The notes beneath the pieces were generated by a model. The model did not search any database. It was not told the DNA's origin and saw nothing but the letters and a program-made list of their open reading frames with translations. Shown in pieces: positions 1-8,590 of a DNA stretch of 49,331 nt; the stretch's first letter is position 1, and each line of letters begins with the position of its first letter. Source of the DNA: Nanobdellota archaeon (lineage in GTDB: Archaea > Nanobdellota > Nanobdellia > Parvarchaeales > Parvarchaeaceae); NCBI GenBank assembly GCA_021850635.1, contig JAJZLM010000010.1:1-49331 (forward strand), read 5' to 3'. Made by a program: the position numbers and the translations under genes.

Positions 1-2343
1 ACATATGCGGAATATGATGACGGTGCTGATGTATTTTTGAATTATTATTCTGGTGCAAGCGATAATGGTTGGACACTCGCGGGAACGTCCGGGCAGACAT
101 CATCAGCTCCTTCCGGTTCTCCGTTCGGAACCAACGCGCTTTACGCTCTAGACTCAGGAGGGAGTTATATGTATACAACTGCGGCAGGACAATCAACCAA
201 CATGATAATTGAATATTATACTTATATAAATGGACTGAATGACGTTTTCTTCCTGGTCAATTCGGCAGGTACTGGACAATTAGCTAGACAGGGAAATGGC
301 GGTGGTTGGTATGGAATAGCGGCATCATCATCTTGGACTTCCTGGAATGCGCCTCCAAATACAGGAGTATGGAGTAGTGAATGGGTATTATCCGGCGTGG
401 TGGTGAACAACAGTATAGCAACGCAATATCTGTCTACAAATCTTGGCAATTACGGTTCTGAATTTTATCAGAACCCTTCAAATTCCTATACAGTTGCAAA
501 TAACGGCAATTATCTTGGTCTAGTTGGTGACAGTGCGAATGCAGGCAACGAATATTGGAATGGAGTTATAGTCCGTGCCTATCCTCCAAATGGAGTAATG
601 CCGGTGGTTATTTACAGCGCTGTACCTCCAATTTATATAAAAAGTATAACTCTATTTAACACACAAAGTATTTCAACCCCTAACCCTTTCCAGCAGTTTT
701 ACAATTCAGATTCGGCTGTTTACTCAGCCTACGAAGCCCCAAACCTCCAGAACATAGCATTTGAATATTCAAACGGTACAATTATACCCTCATGGTTAGA
801 ATCAGGAAACAGTAACACAGCCACAACAACGATATATTGGTTAAAGATGGGAAGTATACCAGCATATGGCAATTTAACGATATACGAGATATTTTATCCG
901 ACTTCATATAATGCATTAAATAACAAGACCACAGGAGAAGCACCACAGCTATCTCCAGTATATGGAGAATATGATGATGGCGCAAATGTTTTTAACAATT
1001 ACTGGAACTTTGCTGGGACAAGTTTACCAAATGGACTTAATGAAGGCGGGTCAACTGGAATCTCTTTTAATAATGGACTTTACTTTGCGGCTTCTGGAAG
1101 TAATCCATCTATAATATATTCTACTAATACTGTTAATTCTGCTCAAACTGTAGCTGAAGAATACGTTTTACCATATAATGGTGGGGATGGTGGACATGAC
1201 ACTGGGATAGGAATTGCGACATCTGGAATCCCTGTTTATGGAAGTGGCCAATGTGCAGGGCAACAGGCTGTTTTTGCGGGATTCCACTCTAATCTCGAGT
1301 TTCTGTCAAATTCAGGTAGCGGTTGTGCAAACCAAAACGGATATAATACTCAAACCTCTAGTGGGGTTCTTTCAGTATATTCTCCATCTTCTGCTGTTGG
1401 GTACGCTGCAAATAATTATACTAATATACTTTCATATACTTCTGATATCCCATCTCCCTCGTCTACATCATATGTCTATTCACTTGGTTCTTGGGGTGGT
1501 GCTGCTATAATTCAGTGGCTTCGCACCCGTGCCTATCCTCCAAATGGAGTAATGCCAAGCTATATAACAACAGATTTCACAGAATCTGGATTACCAAGTT
1601 CATATACATGGTATGTCACCTATGACAATGTACAGCATAGTTCTTCCACGTCATTGATGACGTTCTCAAATTTGCCCGGCACATACTCTTACACTGCGAA
1701 TACTCTCTCTAATTCCACTGCAGGTTGTACAACGACCTATACACCTTCTCCTGTATCAGGATCAGCTTCAGCTGGCTCTTCGAATTCTATATCATTCAGT
1801 GGCTCCACATCCTGTACTACTACTTTCACAGAATCTGGATTACCAAGTTCTTACACCTGGTACGTAACCTACAACGGGGTACAGAACAGTGCTTCTTCTC
1901 CTTCATCGATAACATTCTCTGGTTATTCCCCTGGTACCTACTCTTACAGCGTTAATACGTTGTCTAGCACCAGCAATGGTTGTACTACAACCTATACGCC
2001 TTCACCTTCCTCAGGTTCCTTGGCAGCAGGTTCATCTCAGTCAGTATCATTCAGTGGCTCCACATCCTGTACTACTACTTTCACAGAATCTGGATTACCA
2101 AGCACATATACATGGAATGTTACGTATGATGGTGTAATGGAAAAGGCATCTAGCGGGTCTAACATACAGTTCACGACCGGGAGCGGAACATATTCATTTT
2201 CAATTCCAGATGTAGAGGTCTCGCCAGTTACATCGTGCACAACTACAATTCCAGGAGATTACTATTATGTTCCTTCTCCTTCATCCGGTTCTTTAGCAGC
2301 GGGTTCAACGCAGTCAATATCATTTACAGAGGAGTGTCCTTGA
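1..2343 (+). CDS. Secreted/cell-surface protein, 5'-truncated by the window edge; DUF2341-like and LamG/concanavalin-like modules plus three C-terminal ~85-aa repeats
   Basis: The frame is open from nt 1: TYAEYDDGADVF precedes the TTG at 37 and mirrors the internal YGEYDDGANVF. A ~318-aa module occurs at least twice, each copy ending RAYPPNGVMP. The block IPSWLESG...IYWLKMGSIPAYGNLTIYEIFY resembles DUF2341 (from memory). The protein is Ser/Thr/Asn-rich and ends in 3x FTESGLPS.YTW.VTY repeats. Confidence 0.7.
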   Translation, partial: TYAEYDDGADVFLNYYSGASDNGWTLAGTSGQTSSAPSGSPFGTNALYALDSGGSYMYTTAAGQSTNMIIEYYTYINGLNDVFFLVNSAGTGQLARQGNGGGWYGIAASSSWTSWNAPPNTGVWSSEWVLSGVVVNNSIATQYLSTNLGNYGSEFYQNPSNSYTVANNGNYLGLVGDSANAGNEYWNGVIVRAYPPNGVMPVVIYSAVPPIYIKSITLFNTQSISTPNPFQQFYNSDSAVYSAYEAPNLQNIAFEYSNGTIIPSWLESGNSNTATTTIYWLKMGSIPAYGNLTIYEIFYPTSYNALNNKTTGEAPQLSPVYGEYDDGANVFNNYWNFAGTSLPNGLNEGGSTGISFNNGLYFAASGSNPSIIYSTNTVNSAQTVAEEYVLPYNGGDGGHDTGIGIATSGIPVYGSGQCAGQQAVFAGFHSNLEFLSNSGSGCANQNGYNTQTSSGVLSVYSPSSAVGYAANNYTNILSYTSDIPSPSSTSYVYSLGSWGGAAIIQWLRTRAYPPNGVMPSYITTDFTESGLPSSYTWYVTYDNVQHSSSTSLMTFSNLPGTYSYTANTLSNSTAGCTTTYTPSPVSGSASAGSSNSISFSGSTSCTTTFTESGLPSSYTWYVTYNGVQNSASSPSSITFSGYSPGTYSYSVNTLSSTSNGCTTTYTPSPSSGSLAAGSSQSVSFSGSTSCTTTFTESGLPSTYTWNVTYDGVMEKASSGSNIQFTTGSGTYSFSIPDVEVSPVTSCTTTIPGDYYYVPSPSSGSLAAGSTQSISFTEECP
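1576..2340 (+). repeat. In-frame tandem coding repeat, three copies (249, 255 and ~260 nt), inside the surface-protein gene
   Basis: The FTESGLP codon block starts at 1576, 1825 and 2080. A 56-nt stretch is identical at 1792-1847 and 2047-2102. Each unit encodes two Cys. Confidence 0.9.
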
Positions 2344-2353
2344 GGTTTAAATA

Positions 2354-3376
2354 ATGGAAAAGAACAGTGATAAAATAAAGAATATGGGTAAAAAAGGAGT
2401 ATACATAGCCATTTTAGCGGCGGTGGTCGCGATAGCAGTGGTATCGGTATACGTCTTTTCTCAGCATAGCGTTTCTTCGCCTGCAGTCGTCCACGGTAAG
2501 CTGGCTTTCGTCACCAACTCTATGGAGAATACGGTATCGGTAATAAACATGAGCGATAACAAGGTGATAGACTCGATACCGGTGGGAGTATACCCGTTCG
2601 ATGTAGTAGCCTCTCCGAGCGGAGACAGGGTGTATGTAGCCAATACGGGAAGCAACACAGTGTCCGTGATAGACACCTCAAACTACAACGTTACGGCTAC
2701 ATTTAACGCGAGCATAGAACCTGTTGGATTGGCTTTGTCTCCTAACGGGGAGTACCTGTACGTGACAGAATCTAACAGCGGACAGCTTTCTGTGTTCGAT
2801 ACGTCAAACGGCGATCTAGTAGAAAACATAGCAGTAGGAGAGACCCCTTATTACGTCGTTGTAAGCCCAAACGGCCAGTACATATACGTCTTGAACAGCG
2901 ACGGCAACACCACATCGGTGATAGACACGTCCACGTACAAGGTGATCCACACCATAAAGGGGTTCGGATTCCCTACTGCGGGATACATCACACCAGATGG
3001 TAAGACCCTGTACATAACAGATTCGTATAACAACAGCGTAGCGGTTATAAACACGTCGGATTATTCGATAGAAAGGAACATAAAGACTGGTGATTTCCCA
3101 GCTTACATAACCGCCTCCACAAATACTAGCGATATATACGTGACCAACTACGACAGCAACACCACTTCAGTCATAAACACAAGCGACGGAGAGGTAATAG
3201 CCACGATACACGGCTTTTCCAATCCAGCGTGCTTGTCATTGTCTCCAGGAGGGAAGTACCTGTATGTAGTCAATAGGTTCGGCAACAGCGTGTCCGTAGT
3301 CAACCTGGAGAACGATAGCATATCCGGCACAATAAGCGTAAGCAACCAGCCCCTGTGCATAGCCACGATATCATAA
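2354..3376 (+). CDS. Membrane-anchored YVTN-type seven-bladed beta-propeller repeat protein
   Basis: N-terminal TM segment (GVYIAILAAVVAIAVVSVYVF) followed by seven ~40-aa repeats of the form SP.G..(L)YV.N..SNTVSVIDTS. GAGGT lies 8 nt upstream of the ATG and the gene is 10 nt from the upstream stop, consistent with co-transcription. Confidence 0.85.
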   Translation: MEKNSDKIKNMGKKGVYIAILAAVVAIAVVSVYVFSQHSVSSPAVVHGKLAFVTNSMENTVSVINMSDNKVIDSIPVGVYPFDVVASPSGDRVYVANTGSNTVSVIDTSNYNVTATFNASIEPVGLALSPNGEYLYVTESNSGQLSVFDTSNGDLVENIAVGETPYYVVVSPNGQYIYVLNSDGNTTSVIDTSTYKVIHTIKGFGFPTAGYITPDGKTLYITDSYNNSVAVINTSDYSIERNIKTGDFPAYITASTNTSDIYVTNYDSNTTSVINTSDGEVIATIHGFSNPACLSLSPGGKYLYVVNRFGNSVSVVNLENDSISGTISVSNQPLCIATIS

Positions 3377-3413
3377 CTCATGCTAAATTTTCATCAGTGA
3401 AATTTGGACTGTG

Positions 3414-4451
3414 TCAGTTTTTAATCAAATTTATTATGATAGGGTCTAATTCATTCGCTATGCCTGTATCAACGCTTTTGATCGCGTTTGTAGACAGTTC
3501 TTTTTTAAATGGTAGCTTTGCAAGTAATGGTATGTCCTTTATACTGCTATCTACCGGCATATCTATTTTTTCTCCACAGTGCTCACATATTATATAGCTC
3601 ATGTTCTCTATAACCCCTACCACAGGTATCTTCAGCGCATCCGCGATCACTGTAGTCTTTTTGCCGACGAGTTGTGATAGATTCTGGGGGGTAGTGACAA
3701 GCAATATTTTGTCGACAGGTATCGACTGGAAAACCGTAAGAGGTCCATCACTCGTACCTGGTGGTAAGTCAAGGAACATTAGATCCAGTTCACCCCAGTC
3801 CGTGTCAGAATACATCTGTTTTATTGCGTTGGATACAAGCGGCCCGCGCCATATAAGCGCTTCAGTATTGGTAAGCATGTCTATTGACATTATTTTTATT
3901 CCGGATAAGCTTAGTGGTTCAAACTTTTTGTCTTTTGTCAGGTATGAATGGTACTGTGAGCCTACTATTGCCTGTATAGAAGACCCGGATATATCACAAT
4001 CTAGTACGGCTGTTTTGTAGCCTAGTCTATTAGCTTCCAGAGCCAACATAGCCACTACACTGCTTTTTCCGACACCACCTTTGGCGGAGTAAACTGCTAT
4101 TATGTTTTTAACGTTCTTTTTTTCGTATTTCTCTATAGGAGAAGGGAGGATTTTCTTGTTATCGTATAGTTCTTTCTTTACTGCAGCTAATTCTTCTTTT
4201 GTCATGTACCCAAAAGCAAGTTTTATTTTATTATAACCAGAGTTCTTAAGAGCTTCGTTAACATCCTTTTCTATCGTAGACGCGAGTGGACAACCAGGGA
4301 CTGTCAGTTTTATGCCTATTAACAAAGTATCTTCTTTCTTCTCTATTTTGCTGATCATTTTCAGCTTTACTATACTTATACCTATCTCTGGATCCTTTAC
4401 AGTGTCAAGCAAAGAATAGAGCTTAGTAAGCTCCGCTTCGTCAATACTCAT
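3414..4451 (-). CDS. Mrp/NBP35/ApbC-family Fe-S cluster carrier ATPase with N-terminal DUF59-like domain
   Basis: Deviant Walker A SAKGGVGKSS, an N-terminal DPEIGISIVKL (DUF59-type) segment, and a C-terminal CEHCGEK motif. ATGA overlap with the radA stop. Confidence 0.9.
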   Translation of the reverse strand: MSIDEAELTKLYSLLDTVKDPEIGISIVKLKMISKIEKKEDTLLIGIKLTVPGCPLASTIEKDVNEALKNSGYNKIKLAFGYMTKEELAAVKKELYDNKKILPSPIEKYEKKNVKNIIAVYSAKGGVGKSSVVAMLALEANRLGYKTAVLDCDISGSSIQAIVGSQYHSYLTKDKKFEPLSLSGIKIMSIDMLTNTEALIWRGPLVSNAIKQMYSDTDWGELDLMFLDLPPGTSDGPLTVFQSIPVDKILLVTTPQNLSQLVGKKTTVIADALKIPVVGVIENMSYIICEHCGEKIDMPVDSSIKDIPLLAKLPFKKELSTNAIKSVDTGIANELDPIIINLIKN

Positions 4452-5494
4452 TTTCTTTTTCCTTCTTCTTCAACGTCGCTTATTCCTTCAGAAGTTATCT
4501 GGAATGTTACTTCTCCTTCTGGAAGACTTGGGGAGTCCACTAGTTTTGCAACTCTGGTTCCTTTCTTGCCCTTTCTTAAGTATATCCTGTACGTGGCTAC
4601 ATGGCCTATTATGTGGCCTCCTACAGCAACAGTCGGGTCACCGAACAGAACATCCGGTCTAGCCATCACTTGGTTAGTTATGTACACAGCTACATTAAAC
4701 CTGTCTGCTATTCTCTGTAGGTTGTGGAGTATCACGTTGATCTTCTGCTGTCTGTCGGCGAGAGTGCCCCTACCTACGTACTCTGCTCTAAATAAAGCCA
4801 TCATGCTATCCACTACAATCAGCTTTATTTTCGAGTCCTTATTTATCAATTCTGGTATCTTGTCTACCAGTAGTATTTGATGGTCTGATGAATAAGCCCT
4901 ACCTATCTTTATATTCTGCAGCGCTTCTTTTGGATCCAGTCCCTTTGCTATTGCAAGTTGCTCTATTCTAGACGGTCTAAAAGTACCCTCCGTATCTATC
5001 CATATAGCGTGGCCTTCAAGGCCTCCTTTCTCTTTAGGTAGTTGCACGTTTATTGCAAGTTGGAAAGCAATCTGACTTTTACCGGAGCCGTATTCACCGT
5101 AACATTCAGTTATAGACTGGGACTCCACACCTCCGCCTAAAAGTATATCAAAAGTCTGGCTACCTGTCGATATTCTCTGTACACTCTTTCTTTTGTCTTC
5201 GAATTCTAATCCAGAAAGAAAATTCATTTTCGCAGCTTCGCGTGCCTCAGCTATGATCTTTCTCGCAGTAGGTTCACCGATTTCGCATACTTCTGACACT
5301 ACTTGTGGATTCGCTGTTGCCAGCGATATAACATCAACATAGCCAGCTCCCTTTAATTTTGAAGCAACAGCGCTGCCGACTCCAGGCAAGTCCTTTATAT
5401 CTACATACTCATCACTCGCCAAAATACTACTGCTCTCTTGGGTTTCTGTAGTATCTTGTTGGGTGTCTTCATCGTCTGAATCTTTTCTTGTCAT
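4448..5494 (-). CDS. radA: DNA repair and recombination protein RadA
   Basis: HhH segment LPGVGSAVASKLKGAGY, Walker A GEYGSGKSQ, Walker B LIVVDS, and archaeal RadA length with an acidic N-terminal extension. Confidence 0.95.
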   Translation of the reverse strand: MTRKDSDDEDTQQDTTETQESSSILASDEYVDIKDLPGVGSAVASKLKGAGYVDVISLATANPQVVSEVCEIGEPTARKIIAEAREAAKMNFLSGLEFEDKRKSVQRISTGSQTFDILLGGGVESQSITECYGEYGSGKSQIAFQLAINVQLPKEKGGLEGHAIWIDTEGTFRPSRIEQLAIAKGLDPKEALQNIKIGRAYSSDHQILLVDKIPELINKDSKIKLIVVDSMMALFRAEYVGRGTLADRQQKINVILHNLQRIADRFNVAVYITNQVMARPDVLFGDPTVAVGGHIIGHVATYRIYLRKGKKGTRVAKLVDSPSLPEGEVTFQITSEGISDVEEEGKRK

Positions 5495-5527
5495 GATACC
5501 TCCACAGTTTACGATGCACTCCTACAG

Positions 5528-5776
5528 TTATTTAAGCTGTTCGAGTATTATAGTCGTGTCCGTCTTTCCGACGCCATTTATCGACCTTAGTTTAGACACG
5601 ACAAAATCGGATAGTTCCTGCATCTTATCGTAGCTCAACCTAATCATCAGGTCCCATTGCCCGCTTATAAGCATTACTTCCTCGACGCCGGGCTTATCGA
5701 TAATTTCCTTCCCTACTGTAACAGGGGAAGTACCTTCAATCACGCTTACGAATATCAATGCTCCAAGCTCTCCCAT
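5528..5776 (-). CDS. Stand-alone Lrp/AsnC-type ligand-binding (RAM) domain protein with no HTH
   Basis: 82 aa with the beta-alpha-beta pattern typical of the AsnC C-terminal domain (VEEV..ISGQWDLMIRL...). A TATA box lies 28 nt upstream. Confidence 0.55.
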   Translation of the reverse strand: MGELGALIFVSVIEGTSPVTVGKEIIDKPGVEEVMLISGQWDLMIRLSYDKMQELSDFVVSKLRSINGVGKTDTTIILEQLK

Positions 5777-5800
5777 AATGAGATATTCTGTACAGCGTCA

Positions 5801-5808
5801 TATTTATA
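5801..5808 (-). promoter_or_regulatory. TATA box for the RAM-domain gene (leaderless)
   Basis: tatttata is centred about 28 nt upstream of the ATG at 5776. Confidence 0.45.
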
Positions 5809-5864
5809 GTTTCAGTGAGGTCGGTTTGATAGCCCAAATAATGCTCGGGGATGGAAGAATAACG

Positions 5865-5872
5865 TTTAAAAA
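5865..5872 (+). promoter_or_regulatory. TATA box for the rpl1-P0-P1 operon
   Basis: tttaaaaa is centred about 32 nt upstream of the ATG at 5901. This supports the internal start rather than the ORF start at 5778. Confidence 0.45.
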
Positions 5873-5900
5873 CGCAAGATTTCTTAATATCCAAATAGTT

Positions 5901-6545
5901 ATGGATACAGTTACGATAGAAAAGGCAATAGTTGAAACTAAGCAGGAGATAGAGAAAGCAAAGAGGAAATTCAAGCAGTCTATCGACCTTGTGATAATCA
6001 CAAAGCCGAGAAAATCTAAATCGGAAGAGGCGGTAGATACTCTAGCCTTTTTACCAAATAGCGTGAATGAAATCAAAACATGCGCTTTTGTAGATAAAGA
6101 CATGATGACCCAGGCAACAGGCGTATTCTCTAAACTTGTGTCTAAAGACGATTTCGCAGGTTTCGACAAGAAATCTGTAAGAAAGCTGGTTAAGGATTAT
6201 GACTATTTCTTTGCAGAAGCATCCATAATGGCGCAAGTTGCTGCAAAATTTGGTAAACAGCTGACCGCTACGAATAAAATGCCTAATCCGAAAACAGGGA
6301 CGATAATATACCCTTCCACAAACCTGAAAGCAGTGGAGGAAAAAGTTCATTTCGCTACTAAGATAAACACGAAGAAGAACAATGCAGTCATAGTAAAAGT
6401 CGGCGATGAAAAGACCGACGATTCTAAGATAGTTGCTAATGTAAACGCAGTGTATTCAACACTGAAATCTTCTCTTGTCAATGGTGACGCGTCTATAAAG
6501 CATGTCTATATAAAACCGACGATGGGTAAGCTGGTGAAAATATGA
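5901..6545 (+). CDS. rpl1: 50S ribosomal protein L1
   Basis: The 215-aa product from the ATG at 5901 (MDTVTIEKAIVE...) has L1 length and pattern. It lies directly upstream of P0 and P1 in the conserved order. The upstream 41 codons of the tracked ORF overlap the divergent promoter. Confidence 0.9.
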   Translation: MDTVTIEKAIVETKQEIEKAKRKFKQSIDLVIITKPRKSKSEEAVDTLAFLPNSVNEIKTCAFVDKDMMTQATGVFSKLVSKDDFAGFDKKSVRKLVKDYDYFFAEASIMAQVAAKFGKQLTATNKMPNPKTGTIIYPSTNLKAVEEKVHFATKINTKKNNAVIVKVGDEKTDDSKIVANVNAVYSTLKSSLVNGDASIKHVYIKPTMGKLVKI

Positions 6546-7387
6546 ACAAATCCAAGGGTTCTTCTGAAAAATCAAAAAAAGCAGATGAGTTGAGTAAGAA
6601 GCTGTCCAAATATAAAACGCTCGCGCTTGTGGAAGTGTCGGGTTTTCCTTCTAGTAATTTTGAGAGGATTAAGAAGACACTTAGAGGGAGCGCAGATTTC
6701 GTGTATACAAATAAGATAATAATCTATAACGCTTTGAAATTAGTCAATTCCCCCCTAGCAGATAAAGTGGAAGGGATACGTTTACCTGTCCTGCTATTAT
6801 CAAATCTTAATCCATTCGATATAGTAAAGACAGCTGTAGAGAATAAGGCTTATGCAAAAATAAAGGCTGGAGAAAAAGCTAATGAGGATATAACTCTATT
6901 AAGCGGTCCTACTCCGTTTCCTCCTGGTCCGATGTTGTCTCAGTTCTCATCCATAGGCGTTAAAACTAAGAATGAAGGCGGAAAGATATCTATAATATCC
7001 GATACGAAAATCGTCAAAAAAGGGGAAGTAGTTAACGATAAGGTTGCATCAATATTATCTAGTATGGATATAAAGCCTAAGGAGCTAATCCTGTCAATAC
7101 TATACGCTTTTAATGATAAGATAGTTTTTGGTAGGGAAACGCTCTATAAAAACTCTGAAGAGTACGTAGACGAGCTGAAGAATGCTTTCTTAAGATCACT
7201 GTCATTGTCTGTGAGTGTCGGGATATTAAACAAGTATTCTGTGAAATCGCTGATTAAAAAGATTTATATAGGAGTAAGATTTTTATCTGTAGATAGAAAC
7301 ATAGTGTCAAAGTCGACAATAAACGACATATTGGCTAAGGCATCGGTGCAGGCCGGTGCAATCGACAAGGTTATAGGAGGAAAATGA
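6542..7387 (+). CDS. rplP0: 50S ribosomal stalk protein P0 (L10), short form
   Basis: Position between L1 and P1, ATGA overlap with rpl1, and an N-terminal L10 pattern ([26 protein letters not shown]). At 281 aa it lacks an acidic C-terminal tail. Confidence 0.85.
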   Translation: MNKSKGSSEKSKKADELSKKLSKYKTLALVEVSGFPSSNFERIKKTLRGSADFVYTNKIIIYNALKLVNSPLADKVEGIRLPVLLLSNLNPFDIVKTAVENKAYAKIKAGEKANEDITLLSGPTPFPPGPMLSQFSSIGVKTKNEGGKISIISDTKIVKKGEVVNDKVASILSSMDIKPKELILSILYAFNDKIVFGRETLYKNSEEYVDELKNAFLRSLSLSVSVGILNKYSVKSLIKKIYIGVRFLSVDRNIVSKSTINDILAKASVQAGAIDKVIGGK

Positions 7388-7391
7388 GAAT

Positions 7392-7691
7392 ATGGAATAT
7401 GTATATGCGGCGATGTTGTTACACAGCTTAGGTAAAGAAATAAACGAGGAGAACATAAAGAGTGTAATATCTTCAACGGGCGTGCAACCAGATGAAGCGC
7501 AGATAAAAGCAGTAGTATCGGCTTTAAAGGGCGTTGATATAGATAAGATCATAAGCGAAGCTCAGATTTCAACCGTAGCAGCAGCTCCTGCTGCAGTACA
7601 AACTCCACAGCATGAAGCTAAGAAAGAGGAGAAGAAAGAGGAGCACAAAGCAGAAGAAGCAGCTGCAGGATTAAGTAGCCTTTTCGGTTGA
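7392..7691 (+). CDS. rpl12: 50S ribosomal stalk protein P1 (L12)
   Basis: [22 protein letters not shown]... N-terminus, Ala/Glu/Lys-rich hinge and the canonical C-terminal [12 protein letters not shown]. Confidence 0.95.
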   Translation: MEYVYAAMLLHSLGKEINEENIKSVISSTGVQPDEAQIKAVVSALKGVDIDKIISEAQISTVAAAPAAVQTPQHEAKKEEKKEEHKAEEAAAGLSSLFG

Positions 7692-7813
7692 ATCAAGTTA
7701 CCTATTTAGATACGGATCCAATATTAAGTCCTATACAAAGGATAAGCAATGGAAACTGCAATAGATTAATATATCTGGAAGAATCTTAAAACTAAGTATA
7801 AAAGAGATTTAAC

Positions 7814-8590
7814 ATGACTGTACTTATTACGAACGATGATGGTTACAAGAGCTGGGGGATAAATATATTGTATAAAGCCGCTCTGGAAGTGTTCGGAGAC
7901 GATGTAGTGGTGGTGGCCCCTGAAAAAATGAACAGTTCTGCAGGAATGAGCTTTACCTTTCATAAACCCCTAAGAGTAGATAGAACAGAGTACGAAGGCA
8001 TGCCATGCATTACAATCTCCGGGAAACCTGCAGACTGTACCTTTATGGCTCTTAATCATTTTTTCCAGGGTAGAATAGACCTAGTTTTGTCCGGAGTAAA
8101 TTACGGCATGAATGTTGGTTTAAGTCCGATATATTCGTCAGGCACAGTATCTGCCGCGTTGTATGCAGCAATTTCAAAGGTCCCAAGCGTAGCATTTTCG
8201 AAGCACCTTATAAACACAAAGTCGCAAGATGCTATAAAGAAAGAGATGGAGAACATATTCCCTGGAGTGGTCAAACTGCTCGCTAGAATAAAGAGTAAGC
8301 CTTTCCCGCACGGTATAGAATTGTTAAACATAAACTTTCCTAAAACGATAAATGAAGATACACCGATAAAAGTAGTTAAGGCCGATAGAAAAGTATTCCA
8401 AGACATAGTACAGGAACGGGTGGACCCAGTGAATAGACCTTATTACTGGCTGTATGGCACTTTAAAGAAAGATTTTGACCCTACTGCAGACGTAGCCAAC
8501 CTGTTAAATGGGAACATAACAATAACTCCAATTAAACTATATGCTTCAGATAAGATGGAACTTTCCTCCGTACGCGAGATGTTTGTATGA
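7814..8590 (+). CDS. surE: 5'/3'-nucleotidase SurE
   Basis: N-terminal VLITNDDGY signature and SGVNYG motif; 258 aa. Confidence 0.9.
   Translation: MTVLITNDDGYKSWGINILYKAALEVFGDDVVVVAPEKMNSSAGMSFTFHKPLRVDRTEYEGMPCITISGKPADCTFMALNHFFQGRIDLVLSGVNYGMNVGLSPIYSSGTVSAALYAAISKVPSVAFSKHLINTKSQDAIKKEMENIFPGVVKLLARIKSKPFPHGIELLNINFPKTINEDTPIKVVKADRKVFQDIVQERVDPVNRPYYWLYGTLKKDFDPTADVANLLNGNITITPIKLYASDKMELSSVREMFV

Noticed and set aside
1576-2340. Regular ~250-nt periodic repeats, considered as a possible CRISPR-like or satellite array
   Set aside because: The period is far too long for CRISPR. The repeats are in-frame multiples of 3 within one ORF and encode a protein-domain repeat.
2354-3376. Apparent GC enrichment of the YVTN gene as a sign of recent horizontal transfer
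   Set aside because: My hand counts gave 24-34 G+C per 60-nt line in four lines. Similar spot counts occur in radA (29/60) and hppA (32/60), so this is within the window's gene-to-gene variation. It needs a proper sliding-window and codon analysis.
3601-4880. Antisense ORFs opposite mrp and radA (139 aa, 104 aa) and similar shadow ORFs throughout the track
   Set aside because: Each is nested in a motif-rich gene on the other strand, lacks promoter or RBS context, and has an odd composition. Treated as shadow ORFs.
5778-5900. Long 5' extension of the L1 ORF, or an L1-autoregulatory mRNA structure
   Set aside because: The extension spans the divergent promoter and two TATA boxes. I could not find a convincing helix mimicking the 23S L1 site in the about 30-nt leader.
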